Below, piece after piece: positions 10,601-20,058 of a DNA stretch of 64,000 nucleotides (the stretch's first letter is position 1; every line of letters starts with the position of its first letter). The translations under genes and the position numbers were made by a program. Where the stretch lies: contig DATERJ010000018.1 in NCBI GenBank assembly GCA_035271645.1, forward strand, positions 17,399 through 81,398. Direction: 5' to 3'. The notes beneath the pieces are model-generated. The model saw only the letters and a list, made by a program, of their open reading frames with translations. It ran no database searches and had not been told where the DNA came from. This DNA comes from Candidatus Dojkabacteria bacterium (lineage in GTDB: Bacteria; Patescibacteriota; Dojkabacteria; SC72).

Positions 10601-12093
10601 TCCTTTCTACTACAACCGCTTCTGGACAAACCTGTCCTACAACTCTGCCTAGTAGTACTTCATACTTTGGTGGCGCTTCAGACCCATATGGCTCTGGCTC
10701 TAGCGTAACTATAAATGGAAGTCTTGGTGTTGCTCCTGGTCAACAGGGATGTATATATGTGATATATTCATTCGCCCCTAAGAGTGTTTCAGAAGGTAGT
10801 GTATTAGATTTTCAGGTTACAAACTTTACAGCCAACTTCACGGGAACCAAATTTGGACTCCCTGCAAACATAACCGGTACTACAACATTCATACCTACTC
10901 CTAAACCACCTACTTTTACGAACATTACAAACAATGGACCGAAAGATCCTGGGGGAACAATAACATTTAGCACTACATCCTCTGATCCAGATGGTGACAA
11001 TGTGAAATTGGTAGTCTGTAAAACACAAGGTGTTACAGGAACAGCCTGTGATGGTGGCGATGATGATACATACTGTACAAGTAGCTTTGTTGGCTCTAAC
11101 CCATCATGTTCATGGGATATACCATCAGTATATCCTGATGGATCATACTATGCATACCCATACATCTTTGATAGTACTAACTTACCCGCAGATAGCATAC
11201 GACAAGGTGCTGCTCATGCATTTACTGTAAACAATGTAGCACCCTTACCTACAAGCATTAGTATAAATGGAGGAGATGATATTACTCTGGTTACAGGAAC
11301 TACCAAATCCGTAACTTTAAATGTTAGTGTTAGAGATAACAACGGATGTGGTAATGATGAGATTGATACTGTCAAAGCGTATATGTACCGATCTGGAATT
11401 ACTGGTGGATATAGCTCTTGCGATACATTAGATGAGAATAATGCTAACAATTGCTATCCAGAAATACCCTGTACATTTGTGAGTTGTACTGGAACTCAAT
11501 CAGAATTACCCAATATTGCACAATATACATGTAATACAAGTCTCCAATACTATGCTGATCCTACTGACAGTTACTCTCCTTTTCCAGATGAGAGCTGGAT
11601 TGCAACAGTTAAGGCTACTGATAATGGTTTCGGCCTAGGTGGAACAAACCCATTAACAGGGACATGGGGCATTACTAATGGAGTTGATGTAAATTCTCTG
11701 TTGGCATTTAATATTACCCAAGAGTTAAACTACGGAGTACTTCTTGCAGGGCAGATTATCTCACCTCTTGCATCAACAACAACAATTACTTCTGCTGGTA
11801 ATGTAGCTTTGAACCATTCTGTCTCTGGTGATGATATGTGTGAAGACTATCCTGCATGTGAGGGGAGTAAAATTCTTGTTGACCAACAGAAGTATGCTCT
11901 TAATGCTTCAACGGAATGGAAAGATGGGACAAAGCTAAGTGCCACTCCTACAAATGTCTTCACCAACCTACCCAAACAGACTACATCTACACCAACTTCG
12001 GTAAATATCTGGTGGGGGATATTAGCTCCAACAGGAACACCACCCAAGCAATATATAGGAAAAAATACTGTGACTTCTTCTGTTGCCCACTAA
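7642..12093 (+). CDS. Large secreted modular surface protein (Cys-rich N-terminus, InlB-B-like repeat, six FN3-like repeats, WxL-like C-terminal module)
   Basis: Signal/TM segment, about 15 Cys in aa 59-141, GYTFSQWSDG motif, six ~115-aa repeats, C-terminal ~390 aa paralogous to 2691..4484. Confidence 0.8.
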   Translation: MIKKNNRKKFLLSTASLFLALGLIFSAVQDSKRMDDGNKNIVSISEEGEVKGGEIMANCSYYPLCDFPAGPGGCYQAGGSCGPGEFSCPTNQSVCCDRGSCGSCNPCTGVYQSSNNGCPSTSKSCTRYDCRGSCGTTTLTCYLIQYSISYSAGNGGSISGATNQSVCYNQSGSQVTAVANSGYTFSQWSDGNTSPSRSDVATGNKSFTASFTQSPNNPPTTPTSLLTNGQTNPTNVDTATPYFSAIFNDPDSGDTGVHYQIQVNTNSSFTGTTMWDSGKTAMTSTANGSRSPNITYAGTNLPLDGTMYYWRIKFWDNNGADSPWSATAQFTMRYTIPAPSGLLTNGQTNPTGVTTPYPYFSAIYNNYSGRGNATHAHLQVYLGSVLPENQVWNFNDAIPNVAPGNRSSNITYGGDPLPQNGATYIWRIRFWDGVAYYSEWQHGQFTMNSGSSPTAPTGLLTNGQTNPVGVTTPQPYFSAIFNDPNSGDTAVYYQIFVVYYDGFTYQTQWDSGKTAMTPTPVGSRSPNITYNGPTLQAGREYNWQIKFWDNSGLEGVFSNISSNRFTMNTPPTAPTAPLTNGMTNPTDVASTPYFSAIFNDADSTDTGVYYQIQVNTNSSFSGTTMWDSGKTAMTATNPSSRSPNINYAGNTLSYNGTTYYWRIRFWDNHGVVSPYSSTAQFTTVISGAAPTSLLTNGQTNPTNVVPSPAPYFSAIFNHSNPSRRAVHYQIIMTVSGMQVWNSGKTSMTSTAPGSRCPNITYNGSHTLDHNGNVYKWTIVFWDDLGVQTATSAEAQFTMNRRPTPPTGLLTEGQTNPSGVTDTTPEFSAIYNNPTGTPAVYYQIQVNEKANFTGTMKWDSGKTSMASLSNGSRSPDIEYAGSTLTQNGQTYFWKIRFWDNLGGDGEWSAVNYFTMHNNAYTFTISSEGTQVNPVTMDRIEGGDELYMGGVFSFTVYNINPAFSQPGITSITLQRTWTSGSGDIDRAILLSTTTASGQTCPTTLPSSTSYFGGASDPYGSGSSVTINGSLGVAPGQQGCIYVIYSFAPKSVSEGSVLDFQVTNFTANFTGTKFGLPANITGTTTFIPTPKPPTFTNITNNGPKDPGGTITFSTTSSDPDGDNVKLVVCKTQGVTGTACDGGDDDTYCTSSFVGSNPSCSWDIPSVYPDGSYYAYPYIFDSTNLPADSIRQGAAHAFTVNNVAPLPTSISINGGDDITLVTGTTKSVTLNVSVRDNNGCGNDEIDTVKAYMYRSGITGGYSSCDTLDENNANNCYPEIPCTFVSCTGTQSELPNIAQYTCNTSLQYYADPTDSYSPFPDESWIATVKATDNGFGLGGTNPLTGTWGITNGVDVNSLLAFNITQELNYGVLLAGQIISPLASTTTITSAGNVALNHSVSGDDMCEDYPACEGSKILVDQQKYALNASTEWKDGTKLSATPTNVFTNLPKQTTSTPTSVNIWWGILAPTGTPPKQYIGKNTVTSSVAH
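8290..10383 (+). repeat. Six tandem ~350-bp intragenic repeats encoding FN3-like domains
   Basis: Recurrent LLTNGQTNP..V....PYFSAI.N...YQI.V....WDSGKT....SRSPNITY.G......Y.W.I.FWD......FTM, resembling the FN3-like N-terminal domain of GH78 rhamnosidases. Confidence 0.85.
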
Positions 12094-12143
12094 CCAATTG
12101 TTATTATTTAATGATTTTGATATACTCTCTACTGTATTGATAT

Positions 12144-12220
12144 GGAGTGGTAGCTCAATTGGTTAGAGCATCGCACTGTCACTGCGAAGGTTGCGGGTTC
12201 GAGCCCCGTCCATTCCGCCA
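12144..12220 (+). tRNA. tRNA-Asp (GUC)
   Basis: Cloverleaf GGAGTGG...CCATTCC-G-CCA, anticodon arm TCGCA-CTGTCAC-TGCGA, GGTTCGA T-loop. Confidence 0.97.
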
Positions 12221-12236
12221 GATTTGAGTTATTTTC

Positions 12237-12887
12237 CTAACCAAGACCTGCTTTATTAAAAAAGTTATCCTTTGGATTTTTCTCTCTAAACTTTTGTCTT
12301 AGTAAAGCAATAGTTGTAGTGAAACCATTCTCAGGATCTAAATATGCTAAAGCAGTAAGAATTCCTTCTACCAGCTTTCTTTGTAATGGAATATGTTTGA
12401 GTTGATTTAACTCTTTTACCAGACTGTTCTCAAAATCACCCATCTCATTATTCTCCAAATATGTTTCCCAATCCTTTATTTCAAATTTACCTTCTCCAAG
12501 ATGGTACTTACTATGAATATATGTCCTAAGTTTAGAAAACTTTTGACATATTATAATAAATGGATTGTCATATTCTGTTAGAGACTGTATGTTGGAAGCA
12601 ACAGAATTAGAAGAGTTGTCTGCTTCTACTGGAATATCACAATTAGTAATTTCGTTGATTCTTTCCACTATCCTCTTATTTGAAATAGCAGCACCACCAA
12701 TTGTTAAAATTGATGCCTCAACACCCTCCTCTATTAGTCTCTGAGCTTCGTGATGTGCACATAGAGCCATAAGGACATTCTCCGGAGGAATATCTATCTC
12801 AAAATCTTCTCCTAATGCTTCTAAACTATATGCTTCCCTAGAAGCATCATGTTCATAGCTTAGTATTGCTATTTCTCTTTCATCCAT
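12237..12887 (-). CDS. Hypothetical protein, weak YdcF/DUF218-like resemblance
   Basis: 216-aa ORF; ILTIGG...SNSVASNI...IIICQKF pattern; -10 box 5 nt upstream of ATG. Confidence 0.5.
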   Translation of the reverse strand: MDEREIAILSYEHDASREAYSLEALGEDFEIDIPPENVLMALCAHHEAQRLIEEGVEASILTIGGAAISNKRIVERINEITNCDIPVEADNSSNSVASNIQSLTEYDNPFIIICQKFSKLRTYIHSKYHLGEGKFEIKDWETYLENNEMGDFENSLVKELNQLKHIPLQRKLVEGILTALAYLDPENGFTTTIALLRQKFREKNPKDNFFNKAGLG

Positions 12888-12993
12888 AGGTAATTATATC
12901 ATTTTGTTTCTAAAACGTATATGTACCAACATTTTCAATATGTCTCAAAAAAGAATTGCTATCTAAGCTAATTTCCTATACCATTACAATGTA

Positions 12994-13791
12994 ATGAAAA
13001 AAGCACAACTATCTACTCTTAACCATCAATATACACAGAAAGCTAATACACTAATCCCCTATGAAATATATCTTAAATACTCAACTCAAAAAGACATATC
13101 AATAATACAACTTCAAAAAATACTCTCTAGATTTAAGAACAATCAGAACAGAATTCTAGATGTGGGTTCTGGAGATGGATTATATCTTCTACAATCTCTT
13201 CCTGAAGAAAATAATTTTGAAATTACATTCTTAGAACCAGCTAAAGATCTTTTTGAGAAACTAAAAACGAATATAGAAAAATATAATAATTGTAAGGCTG
13301 TTAATGAGACTTTTGAAGAATTCTATACAAGGAACAAGAACAAATTCGATATTATCCTTGCATCACATCTATATCATTTTCCTGAAGATGAATATTCAAT
13401 ATTTCTTTCACAACTCATTTCACTCTTAGAAGATTCAGGTACTTTAATATGGATAGAGAGAGGTGTAGATGAAGTAACAGATTTTAAGAAAAGATTTAAG
13501 AGTATGTTAGTTCCTAGTAGATATCCAGAAGATTGGAAACCAAGAAGTTATAACAAAGCTTTAGGTATATTAAAAGAACAATCAGGTAATATAGAATTAA
13601 TACTTAATGAATCAGAACTTAGATTTCCATATGAAGAGAATTTAGATGAAGTAATAGCATTAGTAGAGTTTTATTTAAACATTGATTGGATTTCTATACC
13701 AATAGATACACAGAATGAGATATTAGAGTATATTGAGGATAAGGGAGGTGTTTTAAAAGAAGAGGAAGGTATAATTATCTTTAGAAACTAA
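12994..13791 (+). CDS. Class I SAM-dependent methyltransferase
   Basis: ILDVGSGDG motif I, FDIILASHLYH. Confidence 0.85.
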   Translation: MKKAQLSTLNHQYTQKANTLIPYEIYLKYSTQKDISIIQLQKILSRFKNNQNRILDVGSGDGLYLLQSLPEENNFEITFLEPAKDLFEKLKTNIEKYNNCKAVNETFEEFYTRNKNKFDIILASHLYHFPEDEYSIFLSQLISLLEDSGTLIWIERGVDEVTDFKKRFKSMLVPSRYPEDWKPRSYNKALGILKEQSGNIELILNESELRFPYEENLDEVIALVEFYLNIDWISIPIDTQNEILEYIEDKGGVLKEEEGIIIFRN

Positions 13792-13834
13792 ATTGTTATT
13801 TGACATGGCTCATTGACCATTGTTATCCTTTACT

Positions 13835-14794
13835 ATGTCTAAGCTGTTAAGACCAATACAGAATTTTATTAAAAAGCACTATCTTTGGGGATTATTTTTA
13901 GTAGCAATATCTTTTTTAGTATGGCTTGTTCCTAAGGAATATCACTCATTAAGAATATTAGCATCCTTTTTCTCAATTTTTGGAATAGGTTGTATCATAT
14001 TTTTTGATGGTTTAGATTACAAACTCTCTGGAAGTTCATTGTTAGTAAATAATAAGAACTTGAAATTTGTTAAAACATTTGGTCTTACAGGAGTTCTAAT
14101 GGGTTTAATACTGGATATATCTGTTCATGTAATCACAAAGAACTATATTTACCCTTACTTCACTACTCCTATTTATTTCCTCCTTTTCATACCTGGATTT
14201 ATGTTTTACTTCCTCATCATTGGAGAAAGTTACTTCGCATGTAAATCTATTTTAGATAGATACCTCAAAAGACCTTTAGTGAAGAAAGTAAATCCAAAGT
14301 TATTGAAAGCTGTAAACATCTTACTCCTTATACTAGGTTTTTTAGGCATTTCTTATGCTTTATATCACTATTTTACTGCATATTCACAGATAGGAGAATT
14401 TACTTACTCCACAAACACACCAATAAAGTTAGAAACAAATCTTGGGGTTACTATGTTGTTGGGAACATCTATATGGTTAGTTATCGAAGCAATTGGTTTC
14501 TTCCTAAACAAAAAAATGCTAATTACCTTTTTATGTAGAGGATACTTCCGCCCTCTTCTTGCAGTATTACTAGCTTGTATAATACTCGGTATTCCTATGG
14601 AAATCTGGAATATTCCTCTTAATTTATGGACATACACAAACATACCTTTTGACCATATCCAACTATTCAAAGTTCCTATCTTCGTATATTTAAGCTGGCC
14701 ATTTCATTATTTACCATTTTTATCACTATACCTATTAGTAAGTAAGGAAGTTGCAGAGGCACCATATGAATTAGATAGAATTAAAACACCGTAG
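13835..14794 (+). CDS. Integral membrane protein
   Basis: About 8 hydrophobic segments; TGnTATCCT 5 nt before ATG 13835. Confidence 0.65.
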   Translation: MSKLLRPIQNFIKKHYLWGLFLVAISFLVWLVPKEYHSLRILASFFSIFGIGCIIFFDGLDYKLSGSSLLVNNKNLKFVKTFGLTGVLMGLILDISVHVITKNYIYPYFTTPIYFLLFIPGFMFYFLIIGESYFACKSILDRYLKRPLVKKVNPKLLKAVNILLLILGFLGISYALYHYFTAYSQIGEFTYSTNTPIKLETNLGVTMLLGTSIWLVIEAIGFFLNKKMLITFLCRGYFRPLLAVLLACIILGIPMEIWNIPLNLWTYTNIPFDHIQLFKVPIFVYLSWPFHYLPFLSLYLLVSKEVAEAPYELDRIKTP

Positions 14795-14809
14795 ATAGCA
14801 GTAAAAACT

Positions 14810-15268
14810 ATGAAATACAAAACACACCCTCAATTTCCTAATCAACCAATTCTCTTTGAAACAAATCATTGGTTTATATCTCTTTGGGAAAATCAATATT
14901 ACTTAGGTAGAGCTAGTATAGAGTATAAAGATTTATCAAAAAGACATCTTTCTGAACTAACAGATGAAGAAGTATTAGAACTATTCTCATTGATAAAGAA
15001 ATATGAAATAGCTCTCAAAAAAGCATTTAATACTACAAACTTTAACTGGACATGTTTAATGAATAACTCTTACAAAGAGAAGAATAAAGATAATCCAGAA
15101 TTACTACATATACATGTATGGCCTAGATATAGAGATACTGTTGAATTTAATGGAGAAGTTTTTAAAGATGAGGTATTTGCACATCATTATGATAAGACAA
15201 AAGAAAAGTATGTTGATAAAGATTTTTTAATTGTACTTAGAGATAAGATATTATCTCATTGGTTTTAG
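14810..15268 (+). CDS. HIT family hydrolase
   Basis: YYLGR, FNWTCLMN, LHIHVWPRY (degenerate histidine triad). Confidence 0.8.
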   Translation: MKYKTHPQFPNQPILFETNHWFISLWENQYYLGRASIEYKDLSKRHLSELTDEEVLELFSLIKKYEIALKKAFNTTNFNWTCLMNNSYKEKNKDNPELLHIHVWPRYRDTVEFNGEVFKDEVFAHHYDKTKEKYVDKDFLIVLRDKILSHWF

Positions 15269-16073
15269 AAAAAAGAATATCTGAATTATATTTATTCTGT
15301 AGTTGTTCTAAATAAGAGTCTAAATTAAGATCTGTGTTTATTCTAAGAAATTCTTTATTTTTAATTATATATTCTTGATACCTTTTTATATTCTCAGACA
15401 AACTAAGTCTTAGTTTATCAACATTCTCTATCACCCCATGAATATCATTGTATTCATTTAGTAGCTTTCGTGCTGTAATAGCTCCAATCCCAGGGACACC
15501 TTTAATATTGTCACTAACATCTCCCTTTAGAGATATATAGTCAACATATTGCGAAGGCATTATGTTGTATTTATTCAGCACCCCATTTACATTTAGTGTC
15601 TTTATTCTCCCCTGTACTTCTTTTGCTAGAAATATCTCATTACTTACAAGTTGTACAAAATCATTATCTCCAGAAGAGATATATTTTGTACTTTGAGAGA
15701 AGTATCTATTAGACGCTAGTGTTCCAATAACATCATCTGCTTCAGAATCAGGATCTTCAATTACTGGAACTTCTGCAATTTCTAATAGTTGTTTGATGAT
15801 AGATAGTTGTTGAAACATTTCATCATCATAATTATTTCTATTACTTTTGTATTCTGGCATTTCTATTTTCTTGTTAAGAAGTCCTGTTTCAGAATCAAAT
15901 ACAACAACTACATTCTCTGGATTTAAATACTCTACTATTCTCCTCATAAATGCTAAGAATCCATATACTGCATTTCCTTGTCTACCATCAGGCAGTTTAA
16001 TTGCTGAAGGGAGTCCATAGTAGGCACGAAAGAGATAATTAAAACCATCTATGATTAATATATTATCCTTCAT
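15237..16073 (-). CDS. Stand-alone 5'-3' exonuclease / flap endonuclease (PolA N-domain family)
   Basis: IDGFNYLFRAYY, VFD, YKSNR, EADDVI, SGDND, GDVSDNIKGVPGIG; ends after the H3TH domain. Confidence 0.9.
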   Translation of the reverse strand: MKDNILIIDGFNYLFRAYYGLPSAIKLPDGRQGNAVYGFLAFMRRIVEYLNPENVVVVFDSETGLLNKKIEMPEYKSNRNNYDDEMFQQLSIIKQLLEIAEVPVIEDPDSEADDVIGTLASNRYFSQSTKYISSGDNDFVQLVSNEIFLAKEVQGRIKTLNVNGVLNKYNIMPSQYVDYISLKGDVSDNIKGVPGIGAITARKLLNEYNDIHGVIENVDKLRLSLSENIKRYQEYIIKNKEFLRINTDLNLDSYLEQLQNKYNSDILFSKTNEIISYL

Positions 16074-16095
16074 AATAATCTTCTGAAGTATTACA

Positions 16096-16608
16096 CTAAC
16101 CTAAAATATCTTCCTCTATATATTTCTTAACTAATTCATTAATCTCAGGATAATTCTCATATGTTAGTAATCCTAATGCCTCATCTACATCTCTCCATTG
16201 ATTTTCTAATACAACACCATCTTCATATATCTCTGGTTGTTTACCTTCTTCTTTCTCACTATTTAGTAAAGCTAAGAAATAGTGATCTGTTTTTAACTGT
16301 ATCTCTGTCCAATCTAATTCATATGTAGCTGACCCTAGATATCTAAGTAGAGATATATCAGAATAACCAGATTCCTCTCTTACTTCCCTAAGTGCTGTAT
16401 CCTCCAATGTCTCCTCCCCCTCTTTATGTCCTTTAGGTAATACATATTTAGTAGTACCATCTGGCCATACTTTTTGAATAACTAATAACTTAACATTATC
16501 ATCTTCTTTTTTAACAAGAAAACAACCTGCAGAGGTATTAACTCTTCTTCTTTTTTCAAGAGAGGATGTATCTCCAATTCTTACTGTTTTTGGTAATATA
16601 TTTTTCAT
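16096..16608 (-). CDS. NUDIX hydrolase (Ap4A hydrolase-like)
   Basis: LPKGHKEGEETLEDTALREVREESG Nudix box. Confidence 0.9.
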   Translation of the reverse strand: MKNILPKTVRIGDTSSLEKRRRVNTSAGCFLVKKEDDNVKLLVIQKVWPDGTTKYVLPKGHKEGEETLEDTALREVREESGYSDISLLRYLGSATYELDWTEIQLKTDHYFLALLNSEKEEGKQPEIYEDGVVLENQWRDVDEALGLLTYENYPEINELVKKYIEEDILG

Positions 16609-16615
16609 CTTTATT

Positions 16616-17287
16616 CTAGTTAATTATATCATCCACTTTATATATCTTCCCTTCTGGAAATACTGTCACATCTCCTTCCCCTATAACAGAGATTTCTCTG
16701 CTATCAACAAAGATTCCAGAATTCTCAGGTATTGCAATAATATTTAGATTCGATTTTTTAATATAGTTGGATATATCAGAATCCCATCTCTGCTCATAAT
16801 GTACAAAGATATTATTTCCATTAATCATATTTAATCCATCTAAATTCTTTAGATTAACATTATTAGGATCTAAAGAATTTGCTGTTTCAATTGTTTTTGC
16901 AAAAATCAAAGCACCTGCACTTCCCCCACTAATTGGAATATCTGTTTCTGTTAATAATCTCTTTAAACTTTTATCAAATCCCAATTCCTTTAAAGTCTTT
17001 AATAGGTAGAAAGTATTACCTCCTCCTATAAATACTCCACCATAATTAAGAAGATCTTCATATTTATGTTCCTTAATCTTTTCTTCATCCCACATAGTAA
17101 TGTTAAAATCTCCATATCTACTTAGCATATTACTACACCATTTATAACAATCAGAATAGCTATATTTTCCATTATGCATAGCTATTGGTACATACAATAT
17201 GTTTTTATTTTTTAAAAGAGATGTAAACAAAAGATCTGATTCTTTTGATTGATCTTCTGATCCTCCACCAACAAGGATTAATTTCAT
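16616..17287 (-). CDS. Peptidase S51 (dipeptidase E family)
   Basis: YVPIA, IGGGNTF, GGSAGA nucleophile elbow, VHY. Confidence 0.85.
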   Translation of the reverse strand: MKLILVGGGSEDQSKESDLLFTSLLKNKNILYVPIAMHNGKYSYSDCYKWCSNMLSRYGDFNITMWDEEKIKEHKYEDLLNYGGVFIGGGNTFYLLKTLKELGFDKSLKRLLTETDIPISGGSAGALIFAKTIETANSLDPNNVNLKNLDGLNMINGNNIFVHYEQRWDSDISNYIKKSNLNIIAIPENSGIFVDSREISVIGEGDVTVFPEGKIYKVDDIIN

Positions 17288-17324
17288 AGATGAATAGTTA
17301 AATTTATTAAAACAATTGTACTCC

Positions 17325-18008
17325 TTACTCCTTCTTCTGTATCTTCTCTAACTTCCTCCAGTTATATATCCCATACAAATCATTTATTAAATTAATAATG
17401 GGATTGAATAACATGGGGATTAAAACTAGATTACCACCAATGACAGGTATTCCCCATAATACAATTAATATTAAATCATTTACTACATAGAAATAGAAAC
17501 TGTATTTACTTCTTCTAACACCTAGATAGATAGCAAACAAACTATCTATAACTGATAAAGAGGAAACAAATAATTGATCAGTATTAAATGCTTTTAGTAA
17601 GAAATATATTAATACAAAAGCTATTACAGCTACAACAGATACAATGCACCATTCTTTTGCTTTTATCGTATTCACTTCAACTGAATCTGTTTCTTTGTTT
17701 TGATGTTTTATCCAAGAGACAATACCCATGATATACATTGGAAGCATAATACATAGGTAGATAATTACTTCTCCGTAATATCTGTTCTTAAATGAAACAA
17801 TGGAATACAAAGCAACAATAAGTAAGCCAAATATCTGTCCTAGATTCTTACCTTTGGCTAATAATAATGCTGTTGTGATTCCTACAATAGAACAAGCAGT
17901 GGTTAGTAAGTCTGATTTAAAAACTACCCCTACTATACTTACTAGAATAATACTTCCAAACAAAAGTATTTTTTCAAATGTTGTCCATCCTTTAAATATA
18001 TTTTTCAT
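17325..18008 (-). CDS. pnuC: PnuC-family (nicotinamide riboside) transporter
   Basis: Seven TM helices, LLAKGK, YYGEVIIY, YGIYNWRK C-terminal signature. Confidence 0.8.
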   Translation of the reverse strand: MKNIFKGWTTFEKILLFGSIILVSIVGVVFKSDLLTTACSIVGITTALLLAKGKNLGQIFGLLIVALYSIVSFKNRYYGEVIIYLCIMLPMYIMGIVSWIKHQNKETDSVEVNTIKAKEWCIVSVVAVIAFVLIYFLLKAFNTDQLFVSSLSVIDSLFAIYLGVRRSKYSFYFYVVNDLILIVLWGIPVIGGNLVLIPMLFNPIINLINDLYGIYNWRKLEKIQKKE

Positions 18009-18055
18009 GTTTTTACAACTGAAATAGTTAATTATTACAGCAATTATACACTTTT

Positions 18056-18529
18056 TTACATCTTAATAACTATTAATTTCTTCGCATTTGCTTTACAAAG
18101 ATTAAACCTATCCTTCTCTTTGTAATGTCTTGGTATATCTGTATTTAAATCTATACCTTCAGAAGAATATCTATCCTTTATGGTAGTAAAACATAGTTTA
18201 ACTGTACTTACAAAACTAAACTTTTTTCTAATCTCTGGATTACTAAACCACCTTTTAAATATTCTAGATACTGTTTCCAATACCCCTATTTGAAGGTATA
18301 TAACCTTGTCTGCAGCTTTAACATATTCAGGGATATAATATGCACCCTCAATTATCCAATCAGAATCTATCTTTACAACTTTCTTAATCTCTTCAACAGT
18401 AAACATCCTTTTCTCTGTTTCATTGTAAAAATCATCTGTTCTGTATACTGGTATCTTTAATTCTTTAGTAACTTTGTTTGCATATGTTGTCTTACCACTT
18501 CCAGAACTTCCTGTAATATATATCCTCAT
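18056..18529 (-). CDS. P-loop kinase (adenylate kinase/FlaR-like)
   Basis: ITGSSGSGKTT Walker A, WIIEG. Confidence 0.75.
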   Translation of the reverse strand: MRIYITGSSGSGKTTYANKVTKELKIPVYRTDDFYNETEKRMFTVEEIKKVVKIDSDWIIEGAYYIPEYVKAADKVIYLQIGVLETVSRIFKRWFSNPEIRKKFSFVSTVKLCFTTIKDRYSSEGIDLNTDIPRHYKEKDRFNLCKANAKKLIVIKM

Positions 18530-18748
18530 ACATTGATTCTATCACAGTTTACCTTAGATAAAGGAATTGATAATATATATAAAATGAGATTAATAAAGGA
18601 AGAAGTAAAATACAAAAACTATAGACAAGTACTCCTAAGAACTTTTGAAGATGAGAATGGAAACATATCTAAAATTTCTTTTATCAATTTCCCACATTAC
18701 TCATCAGATAACATATAAGAGAAGCACCTTTGTGATATACTCCAATAT

Positions 18749-19258
18749 ATGAAAACTAAATTCAAGACATTTTACTGGAGTAAAAATACAGAGGTAATAT
18801 TTCAACCTTTTACAGAATTACCTAAAGATATTCCTGTTACTTCTTGTATGGGTATGGCTGTATTAAACAAAGAACAGTTAGTACTCTCTAGTCCAGATAG
18901 AGGTTGGGGTTTACCAGGTGGACATTCTGAAGAAGAAGAAACACCAGTAGAAACTCTTGTTAGAGAATTGGAAGAAGAAGCTGCTGTTGAGATAGATTTG
19001 GATACTCTCCAAGTAGTCGGTGGTTGGTTAATTAAGAAAATTCATAAGACAGAGAAGAACAGTAAATATCCTGACCTTGCCTACCAGTTATTATTCATAG
19101 CTGATATTAAAAAGGTTAATGAATTTACAGAAAAATTTGAAGTTCATCAGCGTATCTTTGTGCCGATAAAGGATGTACTTAACTATACTGGTGGTCCTAA
19201 TTTCATACCGATATTTAACTATGTTATTGATACATACCCAGAGAGATTTACTAGATAA
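18749..19258 (+). CDS. NUDIX hydrolase
   Basis: LPGGHSEEEETPVETLVRELEEEA. Confidence 0.9.
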   Translation: MKTKFKTFYWSKNTEVIFQPFTELPKDIPVTSCMGMAVLNKEQLVLSSPDRGWGLPGGHSEEEETPVETLVRELEEEAAVEIDLDTLQVVGGWLIKKIHKTEKNSKYPDLAYQLLFIADIKKVNEFTEKFEVHQRIFVPIKDVLNYTGGPNFIPIFNYVIDTYPERFTR

Positions 19259-19275
19259 AATTTAAATATCATAAC

Positions 19276-20058
19276 ATGTACAAAGAATTAACAAAGAAAG
19301 ATTGGTATAAGTTATTAAAATTTCCTGAAGATAAAAAGGTAGATGCAATCATTGTTAGTGGTGTTGCCTTAGCAAACAGAGATAGAGAGATAGGATTTTT
19401 AGAACAAGCACTATCTAATTACAAAGATGTAAAGAAGGTTGAATATATACAAGATCGTTTTTTCTCTTCAATATATGAATTTGAGATTGGAGATAAACTA
19501 ATATGGTTTGATGTAGTATATGGAGGTGCATACCTCTCTGAACTCTTACATATAGGATGTCTGTTTGGTAGTAAGAGAAACTATCTAGTTGGTAGTTGTG
19601 GTGGATTACAGAAGAATTTAGAAACAGGAGATTTAGTTATTCCTATATATACATATGGAGATGAGAGTACTACTAGAATATATCAACCTAATGTTAAAGA
19701 TAATAAACATTATGCAAACGAAGAATTAAGAGAAGAGTTTGTTAAGAGTATGAGTGATTACAAAGTACACAGCGGACCAATTATGACATGTCAGGCAATG
19801 ATGGGAGAAAGAGCTGAAGATATTAAGAGGTGGGAAAAGGAAGGATATCTAGGAGTAGAGATGGAGAGTTCTACATTCTTTGCAGTATCAAATAGTTTTA
19901 ATGTACCTAGTGTAGCATTACTACATGTATCTGATAATTTAGTAAAAAATATACTCTATGGAGATGAGGAATTAGCAAAGAAGAAGGAATACAGAAACAA
20001 GATTAGAGTGTATAAATATGAGGAAATTATTAGGCATATCATGGACTCCACCTTCTAA
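19276..20058 (+). CDS. Nucleoside phosphorylase (PNP_UDP_1 family)
   Basis: VGSCGGL...GDLVIP, GVEMES, VSD. Confidence 0.85.
   Translation: MYKELTKKDWYKLLKFPEDKKVDAIIVSGVALANRDREIGFLEQALSNYKDVKKVEYIQDRFFSSIYEFEIGDKLIWFDVVYGGAYLSELLHIGCLFGSKRNYLVGSCGGLQKNLETGDLVIPIYTYGDESTTRIYQPNVKDNKHYANEELREEFVKSMSDYKVHSGPIMTCQAMMGERAEDIKRWEKEGYLGVEMESSTFFAVSNSFNVPSVALLHVSDNLVKNILYGDEELAKKKEYRNKIRVYKYEEIIRHIMDSTF

Noticed and set aside
18533-18718. Short ORF resembling the N-terminus of an ADP-ribose pyrophosphatase
   Set aside because: Only about 44 codons from the ATG and no Nudix box; at most a remnant, not supportable
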